64,000 nucleotides of DNA. It comes from Candidatus Eiseniibacteriota bacterium (GTDB taxonomy: Bacteria; Eisenbacteria; RBG-16-71-46). Under the pieces are notes generated by a model that saw only the letters and a list, made by a program, of their open reading frames with translations, did no database searches and was not told the origin of the DNA. Shown here piece after piece: positions 22,201-29,846 of the stretch (positions within the stretch are counted from its first letter, which is position 1; the number at the start of each line of letters is the position of its first letter). Position numbers and translations under genes: made by a program. Location: assembly GCA_038231135.1 (NCBI GenBank), contig JBBRLX010000004.1, forward strand, positions 96,001 through 160,000. Direction: 5' to 3'.

Positions 22201-24663
22201 GTTGAGGTTCTTGACCGGGAACGTGCCGTTGCACGCAGGCGCGCCGGCAATCGAGCCGTTGAGCCACGGAACGATGTTCGTCGTCCCCAGCGCGGCGCTG
22301 CCGGTGCCGGTGGGGTTCGCAGGCCCGCTCGGGCCGCTGACGCTGCCCCACCAGTTGCAGGTGGCGTCGAGTTGACCGGGCCCCGAATAGCCGGCGGCAC
22401 CGTCGAGCACCCCCACTCCGAAGTCGCTGTCGGTCACGAGATCGTTGTGGTTGATCGCGATGTTGCCGTTGGGGCCGTAGCCAAACCCGCCATCGTTCAC
22501 CCGCACGCCGCGCAGGTTGTCGTTGATGACGTTGTCCTTCACGTTCACGTTCACCACGGCGCCGGCCAGTGAGAGCCCGGTGGCGTTGCCGCCCGTCGTG
22601 ATCGTGTTCCCGGTGAACGCGCCACCGGTGATGGACAGCGCGAAGATGCCGAAGTCGTTCGCATGCACGTTGTTCGACACGAATTGCAGGTCGACGTGGG
22701 TGCCCGGACCGGTCGCGGCGAAGATCACCGGGTTGTTGGTGACGAGATGCCCGGTGATCTCGTTGTCGTGAATGTTCAGCTTGTTGGTGTTCTCCGAGTA
22801 GATGCCGGTGCCACCCGCGGGTCCCGGGGCGTTGTTGCTCGAGATCAGGTTGCACGCGATCGCGGAGGCGTCGCTGCAGTTCGCGTAGATTCCGATCGAG
22901 TTGCCGGTGACGACGTTGTTCTGGATCGTCATGTTCTTCGCCGCCGAGGACATCCACACGCCGGCGTTGAAGGAACCGTTCAGGCCGTGGACGATCTCGA
23001 ACCCGTCGAGCGTCACGTCGTCGCTCTGGATCACGATCGCGGCGTCGACCGAGTTGCCGTCGATCACCGACTCGGGCCCCCGCGCGCCGCCATTCGCCGC
23101 GCACGCGCCGGCATTGGCGCCTTCGAGCGTCAGCTTCTTCGCCACGATCACGTTCTCGAGATAGACGCCGGCCTTCGCGAGCAACTTGTCACCGTCGACG
23201 CCGTGGTCGACCTGGGGCTGGATCGCGCTGGCGATCTCGCGAATGTCGTTGAACGTGTAGGGATCCGGCGTCGTCACGGTGTAGGTGCGCAGATTCGCCG
23301 GGGGCGCGGGACCCACGACCACCGCGCGATCGTAGGTATTGCCGTTCCAATACGACGTCCAGTCGAACTGCGAGTTGTCATACGTGCCGCGGGCGCGGAT
23401 GTGGCGGCCCAGAGGCTCGGTGTCGATGAAGGTGTTGCCGGTGATCACCGCGCCGCCCACGGAATAGACGAACCATGGCACGCCGGTATTGGAACCGTTG
23501 AAGCTGACCATCGGCCAGGTCTCGCCGGCGACGCCGTGGAACGCGTTGCCGGTGATGACGCGTCCCGACGCGGGGCCGGAGTACCCGGCGCCGCTGGTCA
23601 GATCGACGCTGTTGCCGGCCTGGAACGTGTTGCCCTGGATCCGGTACTTCTGGATGTGCGAGGTGTTGGTGCCGGCGTCATAGCGCCAGTCGTTGAAGTA
23701 GATCGAACCTTCGTTGTCGTTGACCTGGCTGTTCTTGAGCGTGAGGTCGTCGCCGGCGACTTCGAGCGTCTTGTTCGTGCCCCCGGCGTTGGTCGAGATG
23801 ATGACGCCGCTGATCGTGACGCCGTCGGCGTCGACGAACATGCCGTCGGTCCCGAAGTCGTTTGTGGCGTTGGTCGTGATCGTGGCGCCCGCCGCGGCGG
23901 CGCTCGTGATCACGTTGCCCAGTTCGTCGACCCCCTCGAGCGTCACCGCACCCTGCGGGACCGAGAAGAACAGGCCGAACTGATACGGGCCGCCGCCGCC
24001 GTCGCCGGCGTCGAGGAACCGGCCCGCGGCGGTTTCGTCGTAGTTGCCGGGCAGCACGTCGACCTTGCCGTTGGGGGCAGCGAGGTCGAGGCCTCGCTGA
24101 ATCGTCCCGGCGGCATCACGCCCGATCGTATAGTTGTTGGGGCCCACGGCGACGATCGTGCTGTCGGGGAAGCCCGCCCAGTTGTCGTTCACGACAATGT
24201 GGGACACCGCGTTCACCCTCACCGGAATGCGGCTCGCCGCCTGGGCGGTCGTGCCGGACCCTGTGCGGCCGATCCGCTCGAACGCGCGCAGCGGCTCGGA
24301 CCTGGCTGTGCGCGGGCGGGTGGGAATCGCGGTCGCCGAATGCCTGGCAAAGGTCGGCTTGTCGTTGCCGGCGGACTTCACAGCGGTCGCGGCCCGCGAC
24401 GCCGGACGCTGCACCGGCGCAGATCTCGCTGCCGCGGGGAAATTCAGCTTCGGCCGGTCCACGGTTGTGGGGCTCGGAGCCGGCTCGGCCTTGATCGCGG
24501 AGCTGGCCGCGGTCGCGGACTTCTCCGCCGCCGGGGACCTCAAGACCGGTTTGTCCCGGGTCGCAGGGATCGCCGCGGACGCGAGCGACCCCAGTCCCAG
24601 CATGACGAGAATGGCAACGCCGAGTGCGCAGCCGTGGGTGCGTTTCAGTAGCATGTTCGACAT
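19246..24663 (-). CDS. Giant (1805 aa) secreted parallel beta-helix repeat protein with C-terminal FlgD-Ig/T9SS-like domain
   Basis: Signal peptide; basic low-complexity linker; an N-terminal beta-helix plus three tandem ~346-aa modules; PNGGE domain; C-terminal PNP..DLQGR..WDG..GVYFVR; GGAGG RBS. Confidence 0.85.
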   Translation of the reverse strand: MSNMLLKRTHGCALGVAILVMLGLGSLASAAIPATRDKPVLRSPAAEKSATAASSAIKAEPAPSPTTVDRPKLNFPAAARSAPVQRPASRAATAVKSAGNDKPTFARHSATAIPTRPRTARSEPLRAFERIGRTGSGTTAQAASRIPVRVNAVSHIVVNDNWAGFPDSTIVAVGPNNYTIGRDAAGTIQRGLDLAAPNGKVDVLPGNYDETAAGRFLDAGDGGGGPYQFGLFFSVPQGAVTLEGVDELGNVITSAAAAGATITTNATNDFGTDGMFVDADGVTISGVIISTNAGGTNKTLEVAGDDLTLKNSQVNDNEGSIYFNDWRYDAGTNTSHIQKYRIQGNTFQAGNSVDLTSGAGYSGPASGRVITGNAFHGVAGETWPMVSFNGSNTGVPWFVYSVGGAVITGNTFIDTEPLGRHIRARGTYDNSQFDWTSYWNGNTYDRAVVVGPAPPANLRTYTVTTPDPYTFNDIREIASAIQPQVDHGVDGDKLLAKAGVYLENVIVAKKLTLEGANAGACAANGGARGPESVIDGNSVDAAIVIQSDDVTLDGFEIVHGLNGSFNAGVWMSSAAKNMTIQNNVVTGNSIGIYANCSDASAIACNLISSNNAPGPAGGTGIYSENTNKLNIHDNEITGHLVTNNPVIFAATGPGTHVDLQFVSNNVHANDFGIFALSITGGAFTGNTITTGGNATGLSLAGAVVNVNVKDNVINDNLRGVRVNDGGFGYGPNGNIAINHNDLVTDSDFGVGVLDGAAGYSGPGQLDATCNWWGSVSGPSGPANPTGTGSAALGTTNIVPWLNGSIAGAPACNGTFPVKNLNTGLTYPTIQLAIDAPQTLDGHTIQAGPATYQENVFVNKSVTLQGANAGACAANGGARGPESIIDGNFTGAAVTLAADGATLDGFEVIHGQNGGNAGVFMSAANKNLGVLNNVIDDNTIGIYANCSDASSIYCNLIKANNLPGPSGGAGIYSEYTNNLTVQTNELTGHTDNNPVIFAATGPAVHNSLQFLGNNVHDTYGVYTISIATGTFQNNTITTSLPAGATALAFAGACTNVTVRNNVINNSKRGVRIEDDGYGYGSSNNITVRFNDLVNDSQYGLGVISGYSGPGQLLATCNWWGSVSGPSGPLNPGGTGSQILGTTNFQPWLNASSTGPAACIGVFRVVNLTTSRTYPTIQQAIDAPQTLAGHIIFAPAGTYQENVVVNKGVKLQGNNAGKCAANGGARGPETIIDGNFTGAAVTLVADGASLDGFKVINGQNGGNAGVVMSAANKSLSVVNNVITNNTIGIYANCSDASAITCNLIKANNLPGPSGGSGIYSEYTNKLTVKTNEFTGHTDNNPVIFAATAAGVHKSLVFQSNNVHDTYGVYTISITTGTFSANTITTSLPAGATGLAFTGACTAVVVKDNFIKNNMRGVRVEDDGYGYGDNSNIKINHNDLVNDTQYGVGVISGYSGPGQLDATCNWWGSVTGPTTGLNPGGTGSPVTGTTSFHPWLNGSITGSPACSGTLGGSSVTVIFPNGGEDFLIGSDVKLVWSATIVGGGVPPGKVKLLLSRDNGATYSPIVTPDSPGGVTDNDGSLTWNVTGPMTTTALFRVEGIDDGGNTISDVSDATFTIDPGPTDVLLSRFDAEASDAGVTVHWSLKGGLFTVVGLERSEIETGPWLAVLGDRHDESGATVVVDNTAVAGRSYWYRLVATTNTGTQAVFGPVKAEAALPREFAMSAARPNPTTGPMNMEFSVARDARVRLIVLDLQGRTVATLAQGAFKPGRYQITWDGRSDRGTVPMGVYFVRFETPGKNFVQRVVLAR
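20150..23230 (-). repeat. Three tandem ~1.04-kb intragenic repeats
   Basis: ACGCTGCCCCACCAGTTGCAGGTGGC recurs near 20264, 21302 and 22340; CAANGGARGPE, GIYANCSDAS and ATCNWWGSV each occur three times. Confidence 0.9.
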
Positions 24664-25196
24664 GACGACCTCCGAGGGACGGGGGACGACCTGTCGCGGA
24701 CCGATGGCTCAGCCTGAAAGCGGGCTCCCGGGTCATAACCCATCGCCGCAACATCCCGAAAGCGTTCGATTTAGAGAAATCGCGCATCCGTGGTGGATGC
24801 GTGCGGCGGCACATGGACTTCGGCGGCCCTGCGAGCATCGAGTGGGGGGGTTGCGTGTACGCTCGGTGTTTTCAATACTGAGGATCGTCTATCGAGGACG
24901 AAGCTTCATATCTCGACACGGTGACCGCAGGGAAATCCCTGCCAATGCATGAAATCGGCTAAATCGACGCCAGCGAGCATAATCCGCCGACAAGGCGTTA
25001 CATGCAACACAGAAGATGCGTTCGTCTTCACTTTTCACCCATCAGGCTCGAAATCGTTCGGGCGGAACTCCACCTCCGGTGAGCGGATCCAAGAAGTCCC
25101 CGCCGGTGACAATATGTGCCGGTATCAAACTCGCCCGCCACGCCACCCCTCCCGACGACCGCATCCTCATGACCGTTCGGGTGATATCCTGCCGCC

Positions 25197-26591
25197 ATGC
25201 GATCCGTCGATCCCAATACCGGCGCCCCGATTCATGATTACCCCGACCACGACGACGCGGCGGTCGGCCGCGCGCTCGATGCCGCCGGCGCTGCCCATCG
25301 GGACTGGCGCGACGCCACGTTCGCGGATCGCGCCGCGGTCCTGCGAGCGGCCGCCGGGGCGCTTCGCGATCAGCGCGAACGGCTGGCGGCCCTCATGACC
25401 GCCGAAATGGGCAAGCCGATTGTCCAGTCCGACAGCGAAGTCGAGAAGTGCGCCGGGGCATGCGAGTACTTCGCGGAGCACGCCGAACGGTACCTCGCGA
25501 TCGAATTTATCCCTACCGACGCGTCGCGCAGTTACGTCCGGCACGATCCGCTCGGTGTGCTGCTCGCCATCATGCCGTGGAATTTCCCGTTCTGGCAGGT
25601 GTTCCGGGCGGCGGCGCCGGCGCTCATGGCGGGCAACGGAATGGTGCTCAAGCACGCCTCCAACGTCCCCGGCTGCGCGCTGGCGATCGAGGACGTGTTC
25701 CGGCGCGCGGGCGCCCCCGCTGGTCTGTTCACCACCCTGCTGATCGACGCGGAGCGCGCCGAGGCGCTGATCGACGACCCGCGCATCGCCGCCGTGACGC
25801 TCACCGGCAGCGAAGGCGCGGGCCGCGCGATCGCGCGGCGGGCGGGCGCGGCGCTCAAGCCCTGCGTGCTCGAGCTCGGCGGCTCGGATGCGTTCCTCGT
25901 GCTGGAGGGAGCGGACGTCGACGCGGTGGCGCAGCACGCGGTCCAGGCGCGGTTGATCAACAACGGCCAGTCCTGCATCGCGGCCAAGCGCTTCATCGTG
26001 GTGGCGGGCGCCGCCGAGGCGTTCGAGCACATGTTCGCGGCGCGGATGGCGGCCGCGAACGTCGGAAATCCCGCCGATCGCACGGTGGAGCTCGGGCCCC
26101 TCGCCCGGGCCGACCTGCGCGACCAGCTCCACGACATCGTCACCCGGTCGGTCGCCGCCGGCGCGCGGCTCGTCACCGGCGGCCAGCCGCTGGCCCGGCC
26201 GGGATACTTCTACGCGCCGACCGTGCTCGCCGGAGTCGAGCCCGGCATGGCGGCGTTCGACGAGGAGACGTTCGGGCCGGTCGCGGCGGTGACCCGCGCG
26301 CGCGACGCCGGCCACGCGGTCGAACTGGCGAACCACTCCCGCTACGGGCTCGGCGCCAGCATCTGGACGAACGACGCACCGCGCGCCGAAGCGCTCGCGG
26401 CGCACATCGAGGCGGGGTCGGTGTTCGTGAACGGCATCGTGAAATCCGATCCGCGACTGCCGTTCGGCGGCGTCAAGGCGTCGGGCTACGGCCGCGAGCT
26501 GTCGGCGGCCGGCATCCGCGAGTTCGTGAACCTCAAGACCGTGTGGGTGCGCGAGACGCCGGCGCCGGGAGCGCATCGCGGCGCCGAGTGA
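25197..26591 (+). CDS. NAD(P)-dependent aldehyde dehydrogenase (succinate-semialdehyde dehydrogenase-like)
   Basis: MPWNFP, LKHA, TGSEGAG, LELGGSD, catalytic Cys in NNGQSCIAAKR, EETFGP, PFGGVKASGYGREL. Confidence 0.93.
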   Translation: MRSVDPNTGAPIHDYPDHDDAAVGRALDAAGAAHRDWRDATFADRAAVLRAAAGALRDQRERLAALMTAEMGKPIVQSDSEVEKCAGACEYFAEHAERYLAIEFIPTDASRSYVRHDPLGVLLAIMPWNFPFWQVFRAAAPALMAGNGMVLKHASNVPGCALAIEDVFRRAGAPAGLFTTLLIDAERAEALIDDPRIAAVTLTGSEGAGRAIARRAGAALKPCVLELGGSDAFLVLEGADVDAVAQHAVQARLINNGQSCIAAKRFIVVAGAAEAFEHMFAARMAAANVGNPADRTVELGPLARADLRDQLHDIVTRSVAAGARLVTGGQPLARPGYFYAPTVLAGVEPGMAAFDEETFGPVAAVTRARDAGHAVELANHSRYGLGASIWTNDAPRAEALAAHIEAGSVFVNGIVKSDPRLPFGGVKASGYGRELSAAGIREFVNLKTVWVRETPAPGAHRGAE

Positions 26592-26613
26592 GACCCCGGG
26601 AACGACCCGCCGG

Positions 26614-28791
26614 TCACGCGCTCCACATCGCGGATTCGAACGTCCGGTCGGGCACCTTGAAACGCACCAGGTCGTCGGCCGGGAACGTCTCGACGACCTG
26701 GCCGCCGTGCAGCACATGCACCAGCAGCTCGATCGCGTCGCCCGCGGTGACGCCAAGCGCCGCGAACGGCACCGACAGCTCGAGGATGCTGCCGATGATG
26801 CACGTCGCCCCGGGAACGCCGGGTCGCGCCGGACGCGCCAGGCCGTCGGTCGGCGATCCGGCACTGTCGGCGTCGGCGCTCACCACCATTCGCTCGCCCG
26901 CCACGATGCCGTCGATTTCGATCCGCCGCGGCCGCGGGGCGAGCAGCTCGACCGCCAGCTCGAGGTCCGGTTTCGGCACCACGCCCGGCGCGAAATCGAT
27001 CCTCAGGTGCAACTGCTCGAGATCGAAGCCGAAATACAGGTCGCGGCCGAGACTCTGGTCACGATGCATCGAGCCGCCTCCCCCGCCGAGCCGGTGGTGG
27101 CCTGCGCCCTCCCACTCGTAGAAATTCGTGCGGCGGCCGTCGAGCACCGGCGTGAGCAGCCGCACCGGCGCGATCCGCGTGACGCCCGCGTCGCGCAACG
27201 CCGTCACCGGGATCTGCAGCCAGCCCGGCGTCGGCAGTTCCGCCCGTTCGTACACCGCCTGGAGCTGATCGCGGAACAGCTTGTCGAACAGGATCTTATC
27301 GGCGGTGTAATGGTCCTCGCCAAACCACCAGAACCAGTCGGAGCCCTCGGCGGCGAACAGCGCCTCCCAGGCCTTGGGATGGGTTTCCAGGGTGCGGCCG
27401 CCGTTCACCAGCGCGCGGCGGGCGCGGCTCACCAGCTCCCATGCCCGGTTCTTCTCGGGGTGACCGATCCAGATCCGGAAGTCGGCCTGGATCCACGATC
27501 CGGTGTAGAGCCGCTCCAGCACCGGCAGCGACGCGCGCTCCGCCAGCACCTCGGAGGGCGTGCGGGTGCGAATGTCCGCCGCCGCTTCCAGCTCGGCATA
27601 CAGCGCCTCGAGGAACGGGGCCCCGTCATCGGCGTAATGCTCCCAGCAATTCTCCCCGTCGAGGATCACCGACACCACCGGCGGCACGTCGCCGGCATGA
27701 TCGCGCGCCACGCGCCGCACGCGGCCCAGGAAATCGGCCACGGCGTCGGCCGCGTTCCAGTGGCTGTAGACGAATCCGATGCGATCCGACAGCTCGTGGT
27801 CCCGGAAGAACATCGCGAGCGGCCCGGCCGCGGTGTCCACGCGCCACGGGTGATACAGCGCCTCCCGGCGCTGCTCCCCGGGCGGCAGCGAACCCCACAG
27901 CACGCCTTCGTCACTCGCGGCCCAGCGCAGTCCGGCGCGAGCGATCAACTCCACGGCTTCGGGGCTCACCCCACCCTCCGGCGGCCACATGCCGGCCGGC
28001 CGCCTGCCGAACGCGCGCTCGTGACGGGCGACCCCGCGCTCCACCTGGAGCGCCGCGTCCTCGGGCGCCGCGAACGGCTCCGATGGCAGCAGCACGTCGG
28101 GCCGCGGCCGTCGCGCTGCCTCCTGGTTGATGAGCAGCGGCAGGATCGGATGGTAGTAGGGCGATTCCGACAACTCGATCTGGCCGCGGTCCGCGAGCGC
28201 GCGATAGCTGGGAATCACCTCGGCCAGCAGCTCGCGGTGGAGTGCGAGCAGCCCGTCCCGCCGCGGGAGGTCGAAGGTCGCCTGCGGCGCGAGGACGGCG
28301 ACCGCAGCCGGACGATCGTGGAACAGCGGATCCACCCATGCGACGAGGAACCAGATCTCGAGCGCGAGCATGTCGTCGTCGCCAAACACCTCCGTCCCGC
28401 CCGCCGTGCGGGCGCGCGCCGCACGCTCGCACAGCCGCCGGTAGGCCGGCCAGCGTTCGATGGCGTAGCGCGGCGAAACCGTGCACCGCGTCAGCAGTTC
28501 GGTGCGCTGCGGCTCGTCGAGCGATCCCGGGGGTCGGGACAGCAGCTCGAACAGCGCCTCCGGGACGCCGCGCTCGGCATCCTCGAGCTGATCGAGCAGC
28601 GACGGCACGAAGTTGAACGTGGCATGCACGCCGGGATGGCGGCGGAGGTGCTCCGCCATGTCGAGGTAATCCTTGGACGCGTGCAGCCACACCCACGGCA
28701 GCACGGCGTGGCCGTCCCGCGGATTCCGATAGTCGGGCTGGTGGTGGTGCCAGAGGAACACCAGCTCGACCGGCGCCGCGCGGTCACTCAC
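26614..28791 (-). CDS. Glycoside hydrolase family 57 (amylopullulanase/alpha-amylase-like)
   Basis: WHHHQP.Y, PYYHPILPL, WPPEG (nucleophile), FFRD..LSD.IGF.Y, ILDGENCWE (acid/base), AEGSDWFWW. Confidence 0.92.
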   Translation of the reverse strand: MSDRAAPVELVFLWHHHQPDYRNPRDGHAVLPWVWLHASKDYLDMAEHLRRHPGVHATFNFVPSLLDQLEDAERGVPEALFELLSRPPGSLDEPQRTELLTRCTVSPRYAIERWPAYRRLCERAARARTAGGTEVFGDDDMLALEIWFLVAWVDPLFHDRPAAVAVLAPQATFDLPRRDGLLALHRELLAEVIPSYRALADRGQIELSESPYYHPILPLLINQEAARRPRPDVLLPSEPFAAPEDAALQVERGVARHERAFGRRPAGMWPPEGGVSPEAVELIARAGLRWAASDEGVLWGSLPPGEQRREALYHPWRVDTAAGPLAMFFRDHELSDRIGFVYSHWNAADAVADFLGRVRRVARDHAGDVPPVVSVILDGENCWEHYADDGAPFLEALYAELEAAADIRTRTPSEVLAERASLPVLERLYTGSWIQADFRIWIGHPEKNRAWELVSRARRALVNGGRTLETHPKAWEALFAAEGSDWFWWFGEDHYTADKILFDKLFRDQLQAVYERAELPTPGWLQIPVTALRDAGVTRIAPVRLLTPVLDGRRTNFYEWEGAGHHRLGGGGGSMHRDQSLGRDLYFGFDLEQLHLRIDFAPGVVPKPDLELAVELLAPRPRRIEIDGIVAGERMVVSADADSAGSPTDGLARPARPGVPGATCIIGSILELSVPFAALGVTAGDAIELLVHVLHGGQVVETFPADDLVRFKVPDRTFESAMWSA

Positions 28792-28871
28792 GGCTTAGGG
28801 CTCGTGGAACGGCACCCGGGTCCGGTGCCGGAGGCTCGACGGCTCCGCGGCAGCGGACCACGGCCGTGCGA

Positions 28872-29561
28872 TCAGGAATTCGCGGTCTTGAGCTCGGCGA
28901 GCCTGACGCGTGCCGAAGCCGCGTAGCTCGTCTCGCCGAACTCGTCGATCACGCGCTGCAGCCGCTGGATCGCTTCGGCCTTCTGCCCGAGTGCCGCGAA
29001 GCACCGCGCCGCGCCGGTCAGAAACTCCGCCGACGACTCGCGATCGAACACGCCGACCAGGCTGTCATAGGTCTTCGCGGACTCGGCGAACTGCTTGTCG
29101 CTCTCGAGCGCATAGGCGAGGCTGCGCTTCACCGACGACGCGAGCACGCCGCTGCCCTGATGGGCCAGGTAGACCCGGTACTCGCTGATCGCGGTCTTGT
29201 AGTTGGCGGGCTGCGAGCGGAGCAGGCCGTTCCAGTACGCGTCGTCGCCGAGCAGCCGGTGGGCGTCGACGCCGCTCGGCGTCGAGCCGAACTGCTGCGC
29301 CACCTGCTTCGCCAGGTCCTGCGAACGGTCGTATTGCCCCTGCCAGAACAGCCCGTTGGCCTCGGCGAGCTTGGCGGCCGCCTGCCCCTCGGTGGCGGCC
29401 CGCGAGCGAACCATGAAGAATCCCAGCACGGCGAGCACCACGACGGCGCCGAGCGCACCCAGGATCACGCGGCCGAAACGCCCCCACACCGCCTGGAAGC
29501 GATCCAGCAGCTCGGCGCCCGGGTCGCTCATGTTGGCGATCTTGCGACTTTCCAACGACAA
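28872..29561 (-). CDS. Membrane-anchored TPR protein (YfgM-like); start TTG 29561 or ATG 29531
   Basis: Single N-terminal transmembrane helix followed by TPR-like helices; GGAGG 5 nt upstream of TTG 29561. Confidence 0.7.
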   Translation of the reverse strand: MSLESRKIANMSDPGAELLDRFQAVWGRFGRVILGALGAVVVLAVLGFFMVRSRAATEGQAAAKLAEANGLFWQGQYDRSQDLAKQVAQQFGSTPSGVDAHRLLGDDAYWNGLLRSQPANYKTAISEYRVYLAHQGSGVLASSVKRSLAYALESDKQFAESAKTYDSLVGVFDRESSAEFLTGAARCFAALGQKAEAIQRLQRVIDEFGETSYAASARVRLAELKTANS

Positions 29562-29619
29562 ACCAACCTCCAGGACTGGGAGTGAGCGGGCTCCGGGGAC
29601 CATGCCGGAAGGACGGAAA

Positions 29620-29648
29620 AATCTAGACGGTGGGCGGGTGCCCGTCAA
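29620..29648 (-). promoter_or_regulatory. Putative sigma70 promoter TTGACG-N17-TAGATT
   Basis: Near-consensus hexamers with 17-bp spacing upstream of the TPR-GH57 genes. Confidence 0.6.
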
Positions 29649-29846
29649 GGCGGGCCCGGGGCGTTCGGTCCGCGAGCCGCCACCACGCCGGATCCCGCGT
29701 GCGCCGCGGCGGTTCGGGGTGACCCTCGAGCGCCGGGGACCCGGGTGCGCCTCGTCTCCCCGCGGAGCGGTCCGCGGGTGGTCAGGGCGCCGCGGCCCGC
29801 CCCGGACCAGGGGGGGCGAGCCGCCCGCTGCAACGCTTCGCTCCGG

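Noticed and set aside
20150..23230. Regularly spaced DNA repeats as CRISPR array or DGR template
   Set aside because: The period is about 1 kb, in frame within one CDS; no spacers, cas genes or reverse transcriptase.
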